Positions 1 through 10,586 of a stretch of DNA of 64,000 bases are shown piece after piece. This stretch comes from Sedimentisphaerales bacterium (GTDB lineage: Bacteria; Planctomycetota; Phycisphaerae; Sedimentisphaerales; SM23-30), in the NCBI GenBank assembly GCA_963663965.2, contig CAXXFK010000001.1, positions 192,001-256,000 of the forward strand, in the 5' to 3' direction. Every line of letters begins with the position of its first letter. The stretch's first letter is position 1. The notes beneath the pieces were generated by a model. It was not told the DNA's origin. It ran no database searches and worked only from the letters and a program-made list of their open reading frames with translations. The translations under genes and the position numbers were made by a program.

Positions 1-23
1 ACCCGCTCAAATTTTTCACTGTC

Positions 24-422
24 ATGTTCTCAAACCAACGGGATGATTTCATCGGCCACGTCTGGCAGGCCGTTCGCGAACAATGCGATAACAAAGAGAC
101 CGCCGATTTCACCGATAAAGACATCAAATTATCCCTTTACAAAATCGAGGGCTACCCGGCCATTATCATCGAAATGCCCCAAGCCTGCGCCATCGCCGAG
201 GCCATTTTGATCGGCATTGTCCTGACCTCATGCCCCGAAGATAGCAACGAAACCGCTAACGCCTATTTTCGCTATTTCGTCCTGGAACAGAGCATCGACG
301 CCCACGGCAAACTCAACCGGACAGTCTTTTGCGAATGGGCCGGCGATTGCCACCTGAACAAAGGTGAAGGTCCCAAAGCTTCTATAGAACCCTTTATCGA
401 GACCATCAAACAATATCTTTAA
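24..422 (+). CDS. hypothetical protein (may extend upstream of the window)
   Basis: 132-aa ORF with consistent C-ending codons; no family recognised. Confidence 0.6.
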   Translation: MFSNQRDDFIGHVWQAVREQCDNKETADFTDKDIKLSLYKIEGYPAIIIEMPQACAIAEAILIGIVLTSCPEDSNETANAYFRYFVLEQSIDAHGKLNRTVFCEWAGDCHLNKGEGPKASIEPFIETIKQYL

Positions 423-612
423 TCCCAACCAGACAACCTGGATAAATTCAAAAATTTGCCCGGCCGGGCAAACCGAAATCCCAACTCATCCTCGCATTTT
501 CTCCATACTACAATCCTTCAACCCTTTGTTTTCTTAGCGAGCTTTTTTCTTATAGGTTATTTTGATGGTCCCGAACTTTTTGTCTTGTCGATCCAGTCTA
601 AATGGCTGTTTT

Positions 613-700
613 TTTCGTGTCTTTCCGTGTTTTTCAGTGGTTATATCTTCTTACATTTTAATAACTTAACTACGTTTTTATCTTCGTCCATCTACAGTTA
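613..700 (+). repeat. dispersed composite repeat, copy 1: (TTCCGTGT-like)n-GGT-TATCT-N15-ACTTA
   Basis: ttttcgtgtctttccgtgtttttcagtggt, then TATCT 644-648 and ACTTA 664-668; aligns with 5286-5340 and 5524-5580. Confidence 0.7.
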
Positions 701-723
701 ATCCCGCTGTCATATCTTTATTC

Positions 724-3700
724 TCATCGTTCCAGCCAATACCCCGCCACTTCCATCAGATCATCCATCCCAAACTCATCCAGCCATTCCGCTGATACTG
801 CCGCGTAATCTTCCATATCCACCCCATACCTCCCGGCAGTATCCCCCGGTATATCCCGTTGCCACCAGAGCATAGGATACCCTGTTGCTTGATAAGGCAT
901 GTGCCAGATATCCGTTACCCCATTTAGTAATTCTCCAGAAAAATCCCACCCAGCCTTAAGAAAAGTATCAATTGTCTGCATCTCGCTTGTCCTCTTGCCG
1001 ATCGCCCCCTTGTCTGTATCTCCAGGAGAACCCGTTTTTGTAGTTTCAACATCCCAGAAACTACTGTTGATCTCACCCCAACACGTATCACATAGACCGC
1101 CAATAGAATTTATTGCATTAACCAAAGCGCCGGTAGCATAACATTGTTCAATCACACCTCGGTTCACACTACATAAACCACCAAGATTACTACCATTAGC
1201 TGACGCGTCACTGGTAGCGTAACACTGTTTAATAATACCATAATCTCCATTGTATCCACATAATCCACCTACATAACCCCCATTGCCCGTTACTGAACCT
1301 GAGGCAAAACTCTGAACGACCATGCCAATATTTCTTCCACTTAATCCGCCAATATAATACCCATCACCAACCACCTCACCCGAAACACTACACATTTGAA
1401 CACTGCCATAATTATATCCAACCAAGCCTCCTACAAAATATCGCCCTGAAATAATACTAGTTTCAACGCATAATCCTTTCACATGCCCCGTAGTACCAAT
1501 ACAACCAAACACCCCGACATAATCGCTTGACGGCATCACCATCGATAGATTCGACAGAATATGACCGCCACCATTGAAACTGCCGGCAAAGGCATTGATA
1601 TCATCGTAACCTATCCGATACATGCTTACATTGGATAGATCCAGATCCCTCATCAACTGATAATGCTGATCCCAGTAATAGCTTCCCATACTAATCTGAA
1701 GTAATTCATCCACACTGTTAATTTGCCAGGGATCTTCCAGACTGCCGCTACCGGATAATGCCACCTCGGGTTCCCGGATCATCTCACCGCCAGTCATTTC
1801 CCAGGCCAGATGGGGATAACTATTTTCGGGTAATAGCCAATCAGCGCCGCCCCATCCATTGGCGCTATAATAGGCCACAGACTGCATCTGGTCAGTAGTT
1901 AATCCTAACCCCCCATAGCTGCCTGATTGCCCGCTGACCTCAATATCCCACAAGCTATCTTTGCATTCTCCTTCATTTGTTCCGCATAATCCACCCACTC
2001 GTTCACCATGTTGGGACACCACACTGGTAGAATAACATTGATTGACTTTGGCGCTATTAACTCCACACAAACCGCCTAGACTGCCGCCCTCATTATTTAA
2101 CAATATGCTGGATACATAACTCTGGTTGATTATACAATTTTCATAATTATATCCGCACAATCCGCCGATAAGTCCAATATTGTTCATTAAGGCACTAGTG
2201 GCATAACACTGGGTTATTGAAGCGTCGGTACCCGTATTCATTCCACATAATCCTCCAACATAACCATAATTCCCCATTAATACGCTGGTCGCATAACTCT
2301 GTTTGATCTTTCCTGAGTTCATTCCGCAAAGACCACCGGCGGCTCTATCGCTATCGGTTATAAATCCAGAACTTGAACTATGACTTATTTCACCGCCATT
2401 ATTATATCCACACAGACCGCCAACATAAGCCCGCCCCGATACGATAGTATCCACTACCCCTAAATTTTCCACCTGTCCCCCATTACCAATAAAACCAAAT
2501 AATCCGACATAATTACTTGCCGGCATCAATAGTAACAGATTCGATATTGTATGGCCGTCACCATGAAATTGACCGGTAAAGGCATTAACGCCATCGTATC
2601 CAATTCGTCGCATCTCGATACCTGTTAAATCCAGATCCGCTACCAGTTGATAATTTTTATCCCAGAAACAACTTCCCATGCTGATCTGCACTAAATCGTC
2701 TTCGCAGGCTATTTGCCAGGGATTCTCCATACTACCGTCGCCTGACATGGTTACGATCGGCTCGCTAATCGGCTCGCCGCCTGCCATTTCCCAGGCCAGA
2801 CGTGGGTAACTATTCAAAGGTTTTGTCCAGATAGTACTACTCCATCCATTAGCGCTATAATAATCCATCGATTGCATCTGGGCCGTAGTCAAACCTATCC
2901 CCCAAAAACATTCTGCCTGTCCGCTGACGTCAATATCCCATATGCAATCTTTATATGTACCGCTATCCGACAATTGACTGGCCATGCGTTCCTCATCACC
3001 CATGATCAGACATGCAGAGTAACATTGATTTACCGTTCCAGAGTTAATTCTACATAAACCACCGGCGAGACCTGCACTCCGCACGATTCCCGTCGTATAA
3101 CACTGGCTAATTGAGCCCGTGCTCCAACCGCATATCCCCCCGGCATAATCAGAAAAAGCGGTAATTTCACCTGAAGCATAACACTGTTCAATACTGCCTT
3201 CATTATATCCACACAATCCGCCAACTATGTCATAACCGGAAATAGTGCTGCTTTTCAATCCCAGTTCCATTACCCGTCCTTCAACTCCGATAAAACCAAA
3301 TAAACCAACATTACTGGAATAAGGCATTGATAATTCCAGGTTTGATATGGTATGGCCGCCTCCATTAAAATTGCCTCTAAAGGCATTGTAGGCATCATAA
3401 CCGATTTGAGGCATAATAAGACCCGATAAATCCAGATCCGCTGTCAGTTGAAGATGTTTATCCCAATAAAAACTCCCCATACCAACCTGAATTAGATCAG
3501 CCTCACAGGTAATTTGCCAGGGTTCTTCGGCGCTGCCATTACCTGACATGGTTACTTCCGGTTCGCTAATCAATTCTCCCCCTGCCATTTCCCAGGACAA
3601 ACGAGGATAACTATTCTCCGCCAATGTCCAGATTTCGCCGGCCCACCCGTTGATGCCGTAAAATACCCTCGACTGCATCTGTGCAGTAGTCAACCCTTTG

Positions 3701-4647
3701 CCGCCAAAACTGAATGCTTGCCCGCTGGTCTCCCTATCCCACAAACAATCTTTAATTATTGAATCGCTCAGCTTATATCCACAAAAACCACCGACACCCA
3801 AGCTACTGCCTGTATAGGTCACCAAACCAGTTGAATAACATTGGTTAATTGTTCCACCAATACTATCACCGCACAGACCGCCTAACCTAAATCTCCCACC
3901 CACTTTACCAGTGGCATAACAATAGGTAATAACACTACGGTTAGATCCACATAATCCACCGACAATATCACCGTCAAAAAATGATAAGGATGAGAAACTC
4001 TGATCGATTAGACCATTATTCCATCCGCATAATCCACCGACATAACGCCCTCCCCATATCTCTTTCGCCCCGGCAGTATAGCAATGGGTTATACTGCCAT
4101 AATTAATTCCACAAAGACCGCCTTTTTCTGAAGTACCGATAACGTTACATTCTTTGGAATAACAGTGACTAATCATTCCGGAATTTCTCCCGCATAAACT
4201 GCCGACATATCGATCGCCTGCCATGATTTTACAATTGACTAAACCCAGATTTCTAATCTTCCCAGACAAACCAACAGATCCGATCAGCCCACGAAAACTT
4301 TGCGTCCCGCCAAATTCATAGATTACGAAGTTTTGTATAACATGTCCTTGCCCATCTAAAACACCATTAAACTCCACTCCCTGCCATTCCTCATCCCTCT
4401 TATCCGTATCGGGAGCGATTGGCTGAATTTCATTCCCATTAAAATCAATGTCAGCGATAAGAATAATATACTTATTCCAATCCTCCGAACTATACTTCAG
4501 ATTTATCCAATCATTTGTGGTTCCTATCTGATACGGATCATCTTCTGTCCCGCTTCCACCTGAATATTTGCCCCAACTGGTGCCACTCAATACAACGGTA
4601 ATAATAACGGCAAAAACAATCCGATTCATCGATAATCCAACCTGCAT
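724..4647 (-). CDS. secreted GLUG-motif repeat protein with C-terminal dockerin-like tail
   Basis: Signal peptide; many GGLCGxN repeats; four SGxGxxxDP(Y/W)QI modules; C-terminal GDTAGRYGVDMEDY...WL. Start set at ATG 4647, 7 nt after AGGAGA (ORF track starts at 4677). Confidence 0.85.
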   Translation of the reverse strand: MQVGLSMNRIVFAVIITVVLSGTSWGKYSGGSGTEDDPYQIGTTNDWINLKYSSEDWNKYIILIADIDFNGNEIQPIAPDTDKRDEEWQGVEFNGVLDGQGHVIQNFVIYEFGGTQSFRGLIGSVGLSGKIRNLGLVNCKIMAGDRYVGSLCGRNSGMISHCYSKECNVIGTSEKGGLCGINYGSITHCYTAGAKEIWGGRYVGGLCGWNNGLIDQSFSSLSFFDGDIVGGLCGSNRSVITYCYATGKVGGRFRLGGLCGDSIGGTINQCYSTGLVTYTGSSLGVGGFCGYKLSDSIIKDCLWDRETSGQAFSFGGKGLTTAQMQSRVFYGINGWAGEIWTLAENSYPRLSWEMAGGELISEPEVTMSGNGSAEEPWQITCEADLIQVGMGSFYWDKHLQLTADLDLSGLIMPQIGYDAYNAFRGNFNGGGHTISNLELSMPYSSNVGLFGFIGVEGRVMELGLKSSTISGYDIVGGLCGYNEGSIEQCYASGEITAFSDYAGGICGWSTGSISQCYTTGIVRSAGLAGGLCRINSGTVNQCYSACLIMGDEERMASQLSDSGTYKDCIWDIDVSGQAECFWGIGLTTAQMQSMDYYSANGWSSTIWTKPLNSYPRLAWEMAGGEPISEPIVTMSGDGSMENPWQIACEDDLVQISMGSCFWDKNYQLVADLDLTGIEMRRIGYDGVNAFTGQFHGDGHTISNLLLLMPASNYVGLFGFIGNGGQVENLGVVDTIVSGRAYVGGLCGYNNGGEISHSSSSGFITDSDRAAGGLCGMNSGKIKQSYATSVLMGNYGYVGGLCGMNTGTDASITQCYATSALMNNIGLIGGLCGYNYENCIINQSYVSSILLNNEGGSLGGLCGVNSAKVNQCYSTSVVSQHGERVGGLCGTNEGECKDSLWDIEVSGQSGSYGGLGLTTDQMQSVAYYSANGWGGADWLLPENSYPHLAWEMTGGEMIREPEVALSGSGSLEDPWQINSVDELLQISMGSYYWDQHYQLMRDLDLSNVSMYRIGYDDINAFAGSFNGGGHILSNLSMVMPSSDYVGVFGCIGTTGHVKGLCVETSIISGRYFVGGLVGYNYGSVQMCSVSGEVVGDGYYIGGLSGRNIGMVVQSFASGSVTGNGGYVGGLCGYNGDYGIIKQCYATSDASANGSNLGGLCSVNRGVIEQCYATGALVNAINSIGGLCDTCWGEINSSFWDVETTKTGSPGDTDKGAIGKRTSEMQTIDTFLKAGWDFSGELLNGVTDIWHMPYQATGYPMLWWQRDIPGDTAGRYGVDMEDYAAVSAEWLDEFGMDDLMEVAGYWLER

Positions 4648-4995
4648 TTTCATGTCTCCTGTTAAAACGTAACACACCCCCGCCCGCAGGCGGATTCCTT
4701 AATTTTCTTAGTTCATCTCTTATAGTAGACAAATACACCCGGCAGACCACTCACCTACCGGACATAAAATAATTATAACACATCTTTATATAAAAACAAA
4801 TATATCTACCATGAATTATAAAATGATTTACAAAAATTTAAACAACTATGAAATAAACAGCCTTCTTGGCTTTTTTCTTCATGCCCGGTTAGCTTAGTTT
4901 GTGTGTACCCCGATTGTTATACCTGGTTTTTTCGATCCTGTAATCCTTACTAAAAGGTCTGGTATATTTTCTTAACCTTCGTGCAGCGCCGCAGG

Positions 4996-5040
4996 TCGAA
5001 AGATCCACCTCAGGAGTGTCGAAGATCCGCCTCAGGCGGA
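4996..5040. repeat. short palindromic element TCCGCC-TCA-GGCGGA with a degenerate tandem copy
   Basis: gtcgaaagatccacctcagg..gtcgaagatccgcctcaggcgga; related CCGCC-CGCA-GGCGG at 4680-4693. Confidence 0.55.
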
Positions 5041-5285
5041 ACGCTCCGTGGTTCAACCAGCTGTTATATTAAATCCAAAATCCCTTTTTTTCAAATCCTG
5101 TCAATGAGCTGAAAGCCCCGGATATTGAGTAAACTGAAATCCCGAGCCATTGGGATCGGGATGATCCCGTCTAAAAAGCCTTTTATTTTCTTCTCTGCTC
5201 TTTGACAACCACCTGCCATTTCCTCTTTGGTAAAATACCGCCCTTATTTTCTAATTTAATAAATTCATTGATCATACCTTATTTT

Positions 5286-5671
5286 TTCCGTGTGTTCCGT
5301 GTGTTTTGTGGTTCTATCTTCTTTTATCATAATCACTTATATTTTTTTCCCGATTCCATCTGCGGATAAACCGGCCGTTAATTCTTCCTCTTAACTTCAT
5401 GCTCTTCACGATCTTCATGGTAAAACCCTGCCTTTAAAAATTTAACTCGTAGCGCAGCCACTCTTTTTTTCATCCCTTTCTCAGTTCTATCTTCTTTATT
5501 TTTAATTGCTTCACCCTGATTCCTTCCGTGTATTCCGTGTATTCCGTGGTCATATCTTCTTATATTTCAATATCTTAACTAATTTTTATCTGCGTCTATC
5601 TGCGTTCATCTGCGGATAAACCGGTCGTTAATTCTTCCTCTTAACTTCATGCTCTTCACGATCTTCATGGT
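5286..5671 (+). repeat. direct repeat pair (65 bp, 250-bp period) plus composite TTCCGTGT/TATCT-N15-ACTTA copies 2 and 3
   Basis: 5357-5421 and 5607-5671 are identical except one base; TATCT/ACTTA at 5315/5335 and TATCT/TCTTA at 5553/5573. Confidence 0.9.
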
Positions 5672-5719
5672 GAAAGTATCTTATATTATGTATTTAATAC
5701 AAATAACATAATATTTTAT

Positions 5720-5748
5720 TTGACTATTATTGAAATATGATCTATAAT
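5720..5748 (+). promoter_or_regulatory. sigma70-type promoter TTGACT-N17-TATAAT
   Basis: TTGACT 5720-5725, TATAAT 5743-5748; AGGAGG RBS at 5799-5804 downstream. Confidence 0.7.
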
Positions 5749-5809
5749 CCCAACAGTCGGCCACCAACGGTCAAACTCAGAACATTACTAAGGTTAAAAG
5801 GAGGCTCCC

Positions 5810-6635
5810 ATGAATCGTTCCATGCAAATTCTCGCCCGTGCCCAATACTACCACCACCCCCGAAATCGATGACATTTTCCTCGCCACCATCAACACCACC
5901 CGCCGCCAGCATCAATATATCATCGACACCCACTCCTACCACTGCGAACTGGCCGGCCTCATCGCATACGACCGCCGCGACTACAAACTCCGCGCCACCC
6001 GCGCCGGCCACCAGGCCCTCCAACGCCTCGTCGTCCAGTCCCGCTCCGACAACAACGTCACCGCCCGCCGCGCCACCGCCCAACTCATCCAGCAATTCAT
6101 CACCGTTTCCAACTCCTTCAAAGATTGCCTCCCCGATGGCCCGCCCACCAACCTGGAATACCAGCAGATCATCCAGCAATCCAAAGAAATCCTCTTCGAA
6201 GCTGGCTACCAGATCACCCCCGCCATCCAGTGCGACCCCAACGCCACCCCCGAACCCGATAAACAACCCGAAACCCCGCCAATGCCAAACGAACCCAATG
6301 TTGCAAATTATGACCATAAAACAAGCAATAACAACAACTTAAAAGCATATAACCCAACCCATAACAACCACCGCAACCCCAACTCCCAGCCCGACAATTC
6401 CCAACCCGATCCACAGAACCCAACGCCCCATCAATACACCCCCAGCCACTCCAACACCCCCCCAGTGCCAAACGTTGAGCACAGCGAAATCCCGATCCAT
6501 CGAGAAACCCAATCCAATCAATTCGCAAATCGAAACGAACCCAATGTTGGCAATTACGACTATAACACCAATTATAAAAACGACTTATCATCATACACTC
6601 CAACAGACACCACAATCAAATGCCGTCATTACTAA
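5810..6635 (+). CDS. hypothetical protein with low-complexity N/P/Q-rich C-terminus; probable +1 frameshift near 5835
   Basis: ORF 5838-6635 (265 aa, GTG start) with strong C3 bias. The RBS-associated ATG 5810 reads only 20 codons but joins the long frame if one C of CCC 5835-5837 is removed. Confidence 0.5.
6287..6587 (+). repeat. two copies of the composite site AAACGAACCCAA-N17-ATAA(C/A)-N15-(A/G)ACTTA
   Basis: Copies at 6287-6341 and 6533-6587; a 12-mer-only half site at 6787-6798. Confidence 0.85.
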
Positions 6636-6867
6636 TCCCCAGAACCAACTTGCTTCCCCGAACCGCTACCGATAGGATTTCATACGAAACGCGAAAGAAA
6701 AACCAGAACCTTCAACACCAAAAATAATGACTTGCTCTTTGAAAACTGAATAATCCCGGCCAGACCGACCACCTGGTGTTTTAAAAAAACGAACCCATGA
6801 GGAAGCGAACCGGATTGTCCATACCCACCAACACAGGACCGCCCAGAAACTATTCATTACCCCAATC

Positions 6868-7942
6868 TCAATCCCATAACACCAGCCGGTCCACATGAAT
6901 CACCGCCTTGGTCCGGCCACGCGGCTTTTCTCCCAACATGGCGCTAAGCAGTTTGGAGGACAGATCGATCACCCCTTTGCCAATAGTACCCACCAGCACC
7001 ACGTCACCCGCCTTGAAATCACCGCTAACGCCTGTGATACCAGGCAATAACAAACTCCGATGCTGACGCAAAGCCTTTTCCCGCCCCCGCGTCGATCTGG
7101 ATCGTTCCTTTCTCCCTGGCATTCAGAATCCAGCGTTTATGATTACTCAACCGCCGCTTCGGTAGAAACAAAGTCCCCACTTCCTCCCCGGCTATTGCCC
7201 TCAAAATAAAATCCGGCTCCCGCCCATGCCCCAATATCACTTTGCATCCCCCCTGCGCCGCGATCTTGATAGCCGCTAGTTTCGTCTGCATCCCTCCCGT
7301 CCCAACCATAGAACCCGCAGTCCCGGCCATCTTCTTAACCGCCTCGGTAATTTCATAAACCACCGATTGACGCGTAGCGTCCGGATTCTTACGCGGATTC
7401 TTGTCATAAAGTCCATCCACATCGGTCAATATGATCAACAACTCCGCGTCAATTTTCGAAGCCACCAGCGCCGAAAGTTTGTCATTATCGCCAAACGCCA
7501 GATCGATCTCCGCGATCGAAACACAGTCATTCTCATTAATAATCGGCACCACCTTCATCGCCAGCAATTCTTCCATGGCGTTCTTGAGGTTGATATAATA
7601 CTTCCGGTTACTCATGTTTGTATCGGTCAGCAGCACCTGCGCGACCACCTGCCCATGCCGGGCAAACGCCTCCTGGTATTCATGCATCAAAATACTCTGC
7701 CCCACCGCCGCGCACGCCTGCCGTCGAACCACGCCATTAACCTTCCCCTTGATCGCCAGCGCGGATGCTCCCATTCCAATAGCGCCGGAAGTCACCAGAA
7801 TCACCTGGCGGCCCTGCCGGATCAATTCTGCGATCTGCCGGGCAATGATTCCCAGGAATTCGACATCGATCTGACTGTTCTTACTCAGCACATTGGTGCC
7901 GACTTTGATAACAACACGTTTAATATGACTGAAATCGCGCAT
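6868..7942 (-). CDS. proB: glutamate 5-kinase with PUA domain; +1 frameshift at about 7080
   Basis: VIKVGT, TSGAI, VPIINEND, FGDNDKLSA and GTGGMQTK motifs. The PUA domain (KALRQHRSLLLPGITGVSGDFKAGDVV) continues in ORF 6868-7122 after an extra G in GCGGGAAAAGG. Confidence 0.9.
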
Positions 7943-7970
7943 ATGACTTTCGCAATCCGATAATTGATAA

Positions 7971-9248
7971 TTAGCTTGTTTTACGATGGATAAATGATTT
8001 TTTGCCACTGGCATAATCCGCCACAATATGCCCTTCTCCCGCCAGACGCCATTTATAAATGACCAGCCCTTCCAGACCCACCGGTCCCCGGGCATGAATC
8101 TTATTGGTACTGATCCCGACTTCCGCACCCAGCCCATATCGGAATCCATCGGCAAACCGGGTCGAACAGTTCCAGAATACATTGGCGCTATCCACCAGGC
8201 TCATAAATTGCCCGGCGTGGTCTTCAGATCGGGTCACAATCGCGTCGGTATGCCCCGATCCATAGGTATTGATATGCCGGATCGCTTCATCAAGCGAATC
8301 AACCACCCGGATGCTTAGTACCAGATCATTATACTCGGTCGCCCAGTCTTCATTGGTAGCAGGGTTGCAATCGATCATGGCCTGGCAAACCTCATCTCCT
8401 CTCAACTCAACGTGATTCGCCCCAAACGCCTCTGCCAGACGCGGCAATAGATCCACCGCTACGGACCGGTGAATCAGCAACGTTTCCATGGCATTACAAA
8501 CCGCTGGATATTGGCATTTCGAATCGACTGCCACGCGGATCGCCATCTCCGGATCGCATGGGTCATCAAGATAAACATGACATATTCCATCCGCGTGCCC
8601 CAGCACCGGGATACGGGTATTATCCATAATATACTTCACAAACGCATTTGAACCCCTCGGAATAATCAAATCGATAAATTCATCCAGAGCCAGCATCGCC
8701 GAAACCTCTTCTCGAGATTCCAGCAAGCCCATCCAACCCACCGGAATACCGGCTTCTAATGCCGCCCGGTTAATAATATCGGCAAGTACTCGATTCGTTC
8801 CCGCTGCCTCCGATCCCCCTTTCAGCAGTACTGCATTAGCGCTTTTCAACGCCAGCGTCGATATCTGCACCAGGGCATCCGGCCGCGATTCAAACACGAT
8901 CCCTAATACACCGATCGGGCAACTCACTTTGCTTAAATTCAATCCGCTATCAAGTTCAGTGGCATCCAGAACCTTCCCCACTGGATCGGGCAGTTGAATC
9001 AAAGAGCGAATCCCATCGATTACCGATTGCAATTTCACGCCGTCAAACTTGAGTCGCTTGATCAATACCGGGCTTATCTGGTCAGCCTGAGCGTTTTTAA
9101 TATCAGCCAGATTAGCCGAGATAATCTGCGACTCCTCCCTGGCCAACGCCTTTGCAATTGCTTCCAGGGCCTGGTTTTTCCGTTCGGTCGGGAGCGAAGC
9201 CATCAGATTCGAGGCTTGCCGTGCCTGTGATGCCAGATCTAAAATCAT
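7971..9248 (-). CDS. proA: gamma-glutamyl phosphate reductase
   Basis: FESRPD, LKGGSEA, CNAMETLL, HTDAIVT, STRFADGFRYGLGAEVGIST, HARGPVGL motifs. Confidence 0.97.
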   Translation of the reverse strand: MILDLASQARQASNLMASLPTERKNQALEAIAKALAREESQIISANLADIKNAQADQISPVLIKRLKFDGVKLQSVIDGIRSLIQLPDPVGKVLDATELDSGLNLSKVSCPIGVLGIVFESRPDALVQISTLALKSANAVLLKGGSEAAGTNRVLADIINRAALEAGIPVGWMGLLESREEVSAMLALDEFIDLIIPRGSNAFVKYIMDNTRIPVLGHADGICHVYLDDPCDPEMAIRVAVDSKCQYPAVCNAMETLLIHRSVAVDLLPRLAEAFGANHVELRGDEVCQAMIDCNPATNEDWATEYNDLVLSIRVVDSLDEAIRHINTYGSGHTDAIVTRSEDHAGQFMSLVDSANVFWNCSTRFADGFRYGLGAEVGISTNKIHARGPVGLEGLVIYKWRLAGEGHIVADYASGKKSFIHRKTS

Positions 9249-9457
9249 AGATAACCTTATTGCTGTTAATTTAGTTAAGTTATGCTTAACAATAGCCTTA
9301 TGATATTTTTTATGGATCAGCTGAATTTTTAGACTTCAAAATACCTTAACAATTTGCTAATAAGTAATTTATTCATAAAGCCGCAAAGAAATTCACTTTC
9401 TTTTCCCCAAAGACGGGAATATAATAACTATGCTATTATATAGGAGTTCTCAAAATA

Positions 9458-9691
9458 ATGTTTAATAGAAAAAATTGGTTCAAAGTAATCACAATATGCA
9501 CCCTGGCTATCGTTTGTACGTTGTATACAAATCAACCGGCTTCCGCTCAAGGCTATAATAATCAGGGAAGCCATAAAATAGCTGATGATAGTATGCCCTG
9601 GAAAGGCTGGCCCTGGCTGGTAGGTGCTTTATTTTCCGCGGGAACGCTGGCTGTAGGTTTTAAAAACGCCAAGCGTACCCATCTTGATTAA
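9458..9691 (+). CDS. small exported/membrane protein
   Basis: GGAG RBS; signal peptide ending ASA; C-terminal TM helix followed by KNAKRTHLD. Confidence 0.7.
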   Translation: MFNRKNWFKVITICTLAIVCTLYTNQPASAQGYNNQGSHKIADDSMPWKGWPWLVGALFSAGTLAVGFKNAKRTHLD

Positions 9692-9758
9692 GAGAGTATT
9701 CATCTTCCTGTCATAAAAATTTAACTTGTTTTTTCCATCATGTTTTTTGGAGGCTTAT

Positions 9759-10040
9759 ATGAAACGATGGAATAATTTCTTTCTGGTTGCATTAATTTGC
9801 GTCAATATCGTTTTAATTGCGGGTATTATTCTGGAAACCACTGGCATGCCCAAAGCCTATGGTCAGGTACGGGCCAATGACTACATTCTCGTACCAGGCA
9901 GTGTTCAAATGGGTCAGCAGATTGTCTGGATTATCGATCTGAAAACCCATCAAATCACCAGTTGCCGGTTCAATGCCAATCGAAATATGATTGAATTTGG
10001 ACAGGTCACCGATGTCAACATTCCAGTTGCCGGCATGTAA
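9759..10040 (+). CDS. small membrane-anchored protein
   Basis: GGAGG RBS before ATG 9759; N-terminal TM helix then a beta-rich domain. Confidence 0.7.
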   Translation: MKRWNNFFLVALICVNIVLIAGIILETTGMPKAYGQVRANDYILVPGSVQMGQQIVWIIDLKTHQITSCRFNANRNMIEFGQVTDVNIPVAGM

Positions 10041-10078
10041 TTAGTACATCCACACCCGTAATTTCAGGAAACTTAACC

Positions 10079-10438
10079 ATGAATGATAATCTTGTAATTT
10101 CGAAAACCAGTGTAATTGCACTATTAGTTATTACTGCGGTTATATTAAGTTGTGCCTGGGCATTAATCAGCGAACAAACGGCTCCAAGCAGTCCGGTTGG
10201 CGCAACTGCCCGGGGTGGATATTATATCATCACCACAACCGCTTCCCCCATGAACGGCCCCGACCAGCTCTGGATTGCTAATGTTGAAACCCAGCAACTT
10301 ATGCTGTTCGACACCCAAGCAGACGGCACGATCACCCCTCTGGCTGCGGCAGATCTTGAAATCGCATTCTCGCCAAGAACAATGAGAAATTTTGGCAATG
10401 CGCCTATTCCCGTTCCCGGCGGCGTTCCTGTTCGTTAA
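10079..10438 (+). CDS. small membrane-anchored protein (possible paralog of the previous gene)
   Basis: N-terminal TM; QLWIANVETQQL resembles IVWIIDLKTHQI of the upstream ORF. Confidence 0.7.
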   Translation: MNDNLVISKTSVIALLVITAVILSCAWALISEQTAPSSPVGATARGGYYIITTTASPMNGPDQLWIANVETQQLMLFDTQADGTITPLAAADLEIAFSPRTMRNFGNAPIPVPGGVPVR

Positions 10439-10465
10439 AACTTATTCCCATAGCAGGTAGAAATT

Positions 10466-10506
10466 AAAAAGAAACAGCCGTAAATTTTCGCGGCTGTTTC
10501 TTTTTT
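10466..10506. terminator. bidirectional intrinsic terminator
   Basis: AAAAAGAAACAGCCG-taaattttcg-CGGCTGTTTCTTTTTT between convergent genes. Confidence 0.85.
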
Positions 10507-10586
10507 ATTATCTTGAACGACGATATCGTTCCATCTCAATGAGCCTTTGGTAAGATAAAGTTCCGGCCCATCAAAGATTATGAATT

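Noticed and set aside
5737..6342. Alternative-frame and antisense ORFs (5737+, 5742-)
   Set aside because: Pro/Ser/Thr- or Gly-rich translations are by-products of the C-skew.
7070..7090. Programmed ribosomal frameshift in proB
   Set aside because: Needs removal of one base, like the other homopolymer breaks in the window; a sequencing error is more parsimonious.
7943..8182. N-terminal extension of proB in the ORF track
   Set aside because: Overlaps the proA 3' end; family similarity begins at MRDFS (7942).
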